DNA of 63,658 bases, filler included, from Octopus bimaculoides (Eukaryota): NCBI RefSeq assembly GCF_001194135.2. It is 5 parts of 4 records of this genome, joined end to end, with 100 filler letters (N's around TTAATTAATTAA, not from the genome) between each part and the next. Parts side by side here need not be neighbours in the genome. Positions count along the whole stretch, not along the records: positions 61,976 to 63,658 come from NC_068989.1; 4 more parts are not named here. The stretch is one strand, 5' to 3'. Positions 62,522 through 63,658 of the stretch are shown here, piece after piece. Position 1 is the stretch's first letter, and every line of letters begins with the position of its first letter. Under the pieces are notes generated by a model. The model made no database searches and was not told the origin of the DNA. It saw nothing but the letters and a program-made list of their open reading frames with translations. The position numbers were made by a program, and so were the translations under genes.

Positions 62522-62677
62522 GCAAAGGAGTGGCTGTGCAGTAAGAAGCATGTTTCCCGACCACATGGTTCCGGGTTCAGTCCCACTGCATGACACCTTG
62601 GGCAAGTGTCTTCTGCTATAGCCTCGGGCCTACCAAAGCCTTGTGAGTGGATTTGGTAGACAGAAACTGAGAGAAGC

Positions 62678-62708
<31 letters not shown>

Positions 62709-62890
62709 GCATGCATGTGTTTGTGTGTCTGTGTTTATCCCTCTACTATCACTTTGAAAACTGATGTTGGTGTTTATGTTCCCGTAACTTAGAGATTCAG
62801 CAAAAGATACCAATAGAATAAGTACTAGGCTTCCAAAGAATAAGTCCTGGGGTCAATTTGTGCAACTAAAGGCGGTGCTCCAGAGTGAAA
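62522..62890 (+). mobile_element. SINE family C
   Basis: ggagtggctgtgcagtaag...gacaccttgggcaagtgtcttctgctatagcctcgggcc...(TA)n...ggcggtgctccag. Confidence 0.88.
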
Positions 62891-63005
62891 GAGTAATCAA
62901 CAATGTAGTTTTCTTTTAACTTTTAGCACAATAGCCATTCTCTTAACTCACCTAATAGCATTCCACATCGATGTATCAAGAGATTTGTAATTTCTCTATA
63001 GTTAA

Positions 63006-63217
63006 CCCCTTGCAGACAGGAAGTAGTACTGACTGCATTGAAACACTTTGTGTGTGAGTAGTGCGATGTCTTACTCTGTGTGGCACCATGTTTTCAAATA
63101 TACCAGACTGAGAAGAATCTGTAAATACACTGTAAGTATGGAAATTTATGTAGTTACTGAATGGCCTAATATCAGTATACAGCACAGACTGTCAGTACTA
63201 AATCCATCTGCAAGGGG
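63006..63217. mobile_element. piggyBac-type MITE
   Basis: TTAA|CCCCTTGCAGA ... TCTGCAAGGGG|TTCA; subterminal inverted AGTACTGAC / GTCAGTACT. Confidence 0.75.
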
Positions 63218-63289
63218 TTCAAGGATTGCTATGTCATTGAAATCTTACCCTTTTATCTTTCTCTTCCCTTGGATCACTTTATAAATATA

Positions 63290-63658
63290 CTAGCAGTATA
63301 ACCCGACCTTGTCCGGGTGTGACTTATTATGCCATCTACGATAAGTCTTGCTAGCTGAAAATCAACTAAAAAAGAAAGCCTTACAACGAAAAAACCCTTA
63401 TGATGTAAATATGTTCATAATTCAAAAAACGATGAAATTAATAGGGAAAGTCTGAAGGCTGTTTTGCATAAAATTATTAAGCATACGGAAATTTCATCCG
63501 TGTAATTGGCTATAGAAATGCTTGTGCAAAACAACTTTTTGCGCTGCCCTGATTATACATAGCAGGGTAATCCCTTTTCACAGGAGCTAGGATGACAATT
63601 TCTGATGAAGCAATTGCTGGCGATCTGTTGCTACACAGTTTTGCCAGAATTCTATCAG
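63290..63658 (-). mobile_element. Probable Helitron 3' terminus (element extends toward the window end)
   Basis: Minus strand ACCCGGACAAGGTCGGGT hairpin followed by TATACTGCTAG|T. Confidence 0.5.

Noticed and set aside
1-63658. CRISPR array or prokaryotic operon
   Set aside because: No regularly spaced direct repeats with unique spacers; the sequence is eukaryotic repeat-rich DNA.

Overview
AT-rich, gap-ridden eukaryotic genomic DNA dominated by microsatellites and interspersed repeats. The repeat landscape suggests an octopus (coleoid cephalopod) draft assembly; this is inference, not a database match. I cannot confidently identify any host protein-coding gene, and almost all supplied ORFs are microsatellite or N-run artefacts. 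The window holds dozens of tRNA-derived SINE copies in at least four families (called A-D here), decayed LINE fragments (L1/Tx1, R4/Dong, RTE, CR1-group), a possible Gypsy relic, mariner, hAT and piggyBac-type DNA-transposon relics and MITEs, a foldback element and a probable Helitron end. The most interesting signal is a set of hammerhead ribozyme motifs absent from the ORF track: a back-to-back pair of complete minimal type I hammerheads inside a 156-bp foldback (37481-37636), a third complete hammerhead with a long helix II (16450-16519, minus), a degenerate inverted pair (58362-58545) and several weaker cores. These are most simply read as Penelope-like element termini. A few low-confidence candidate host exons are flagged. 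SINE and LINE boundaries are approximate, within about 10-20 bp.
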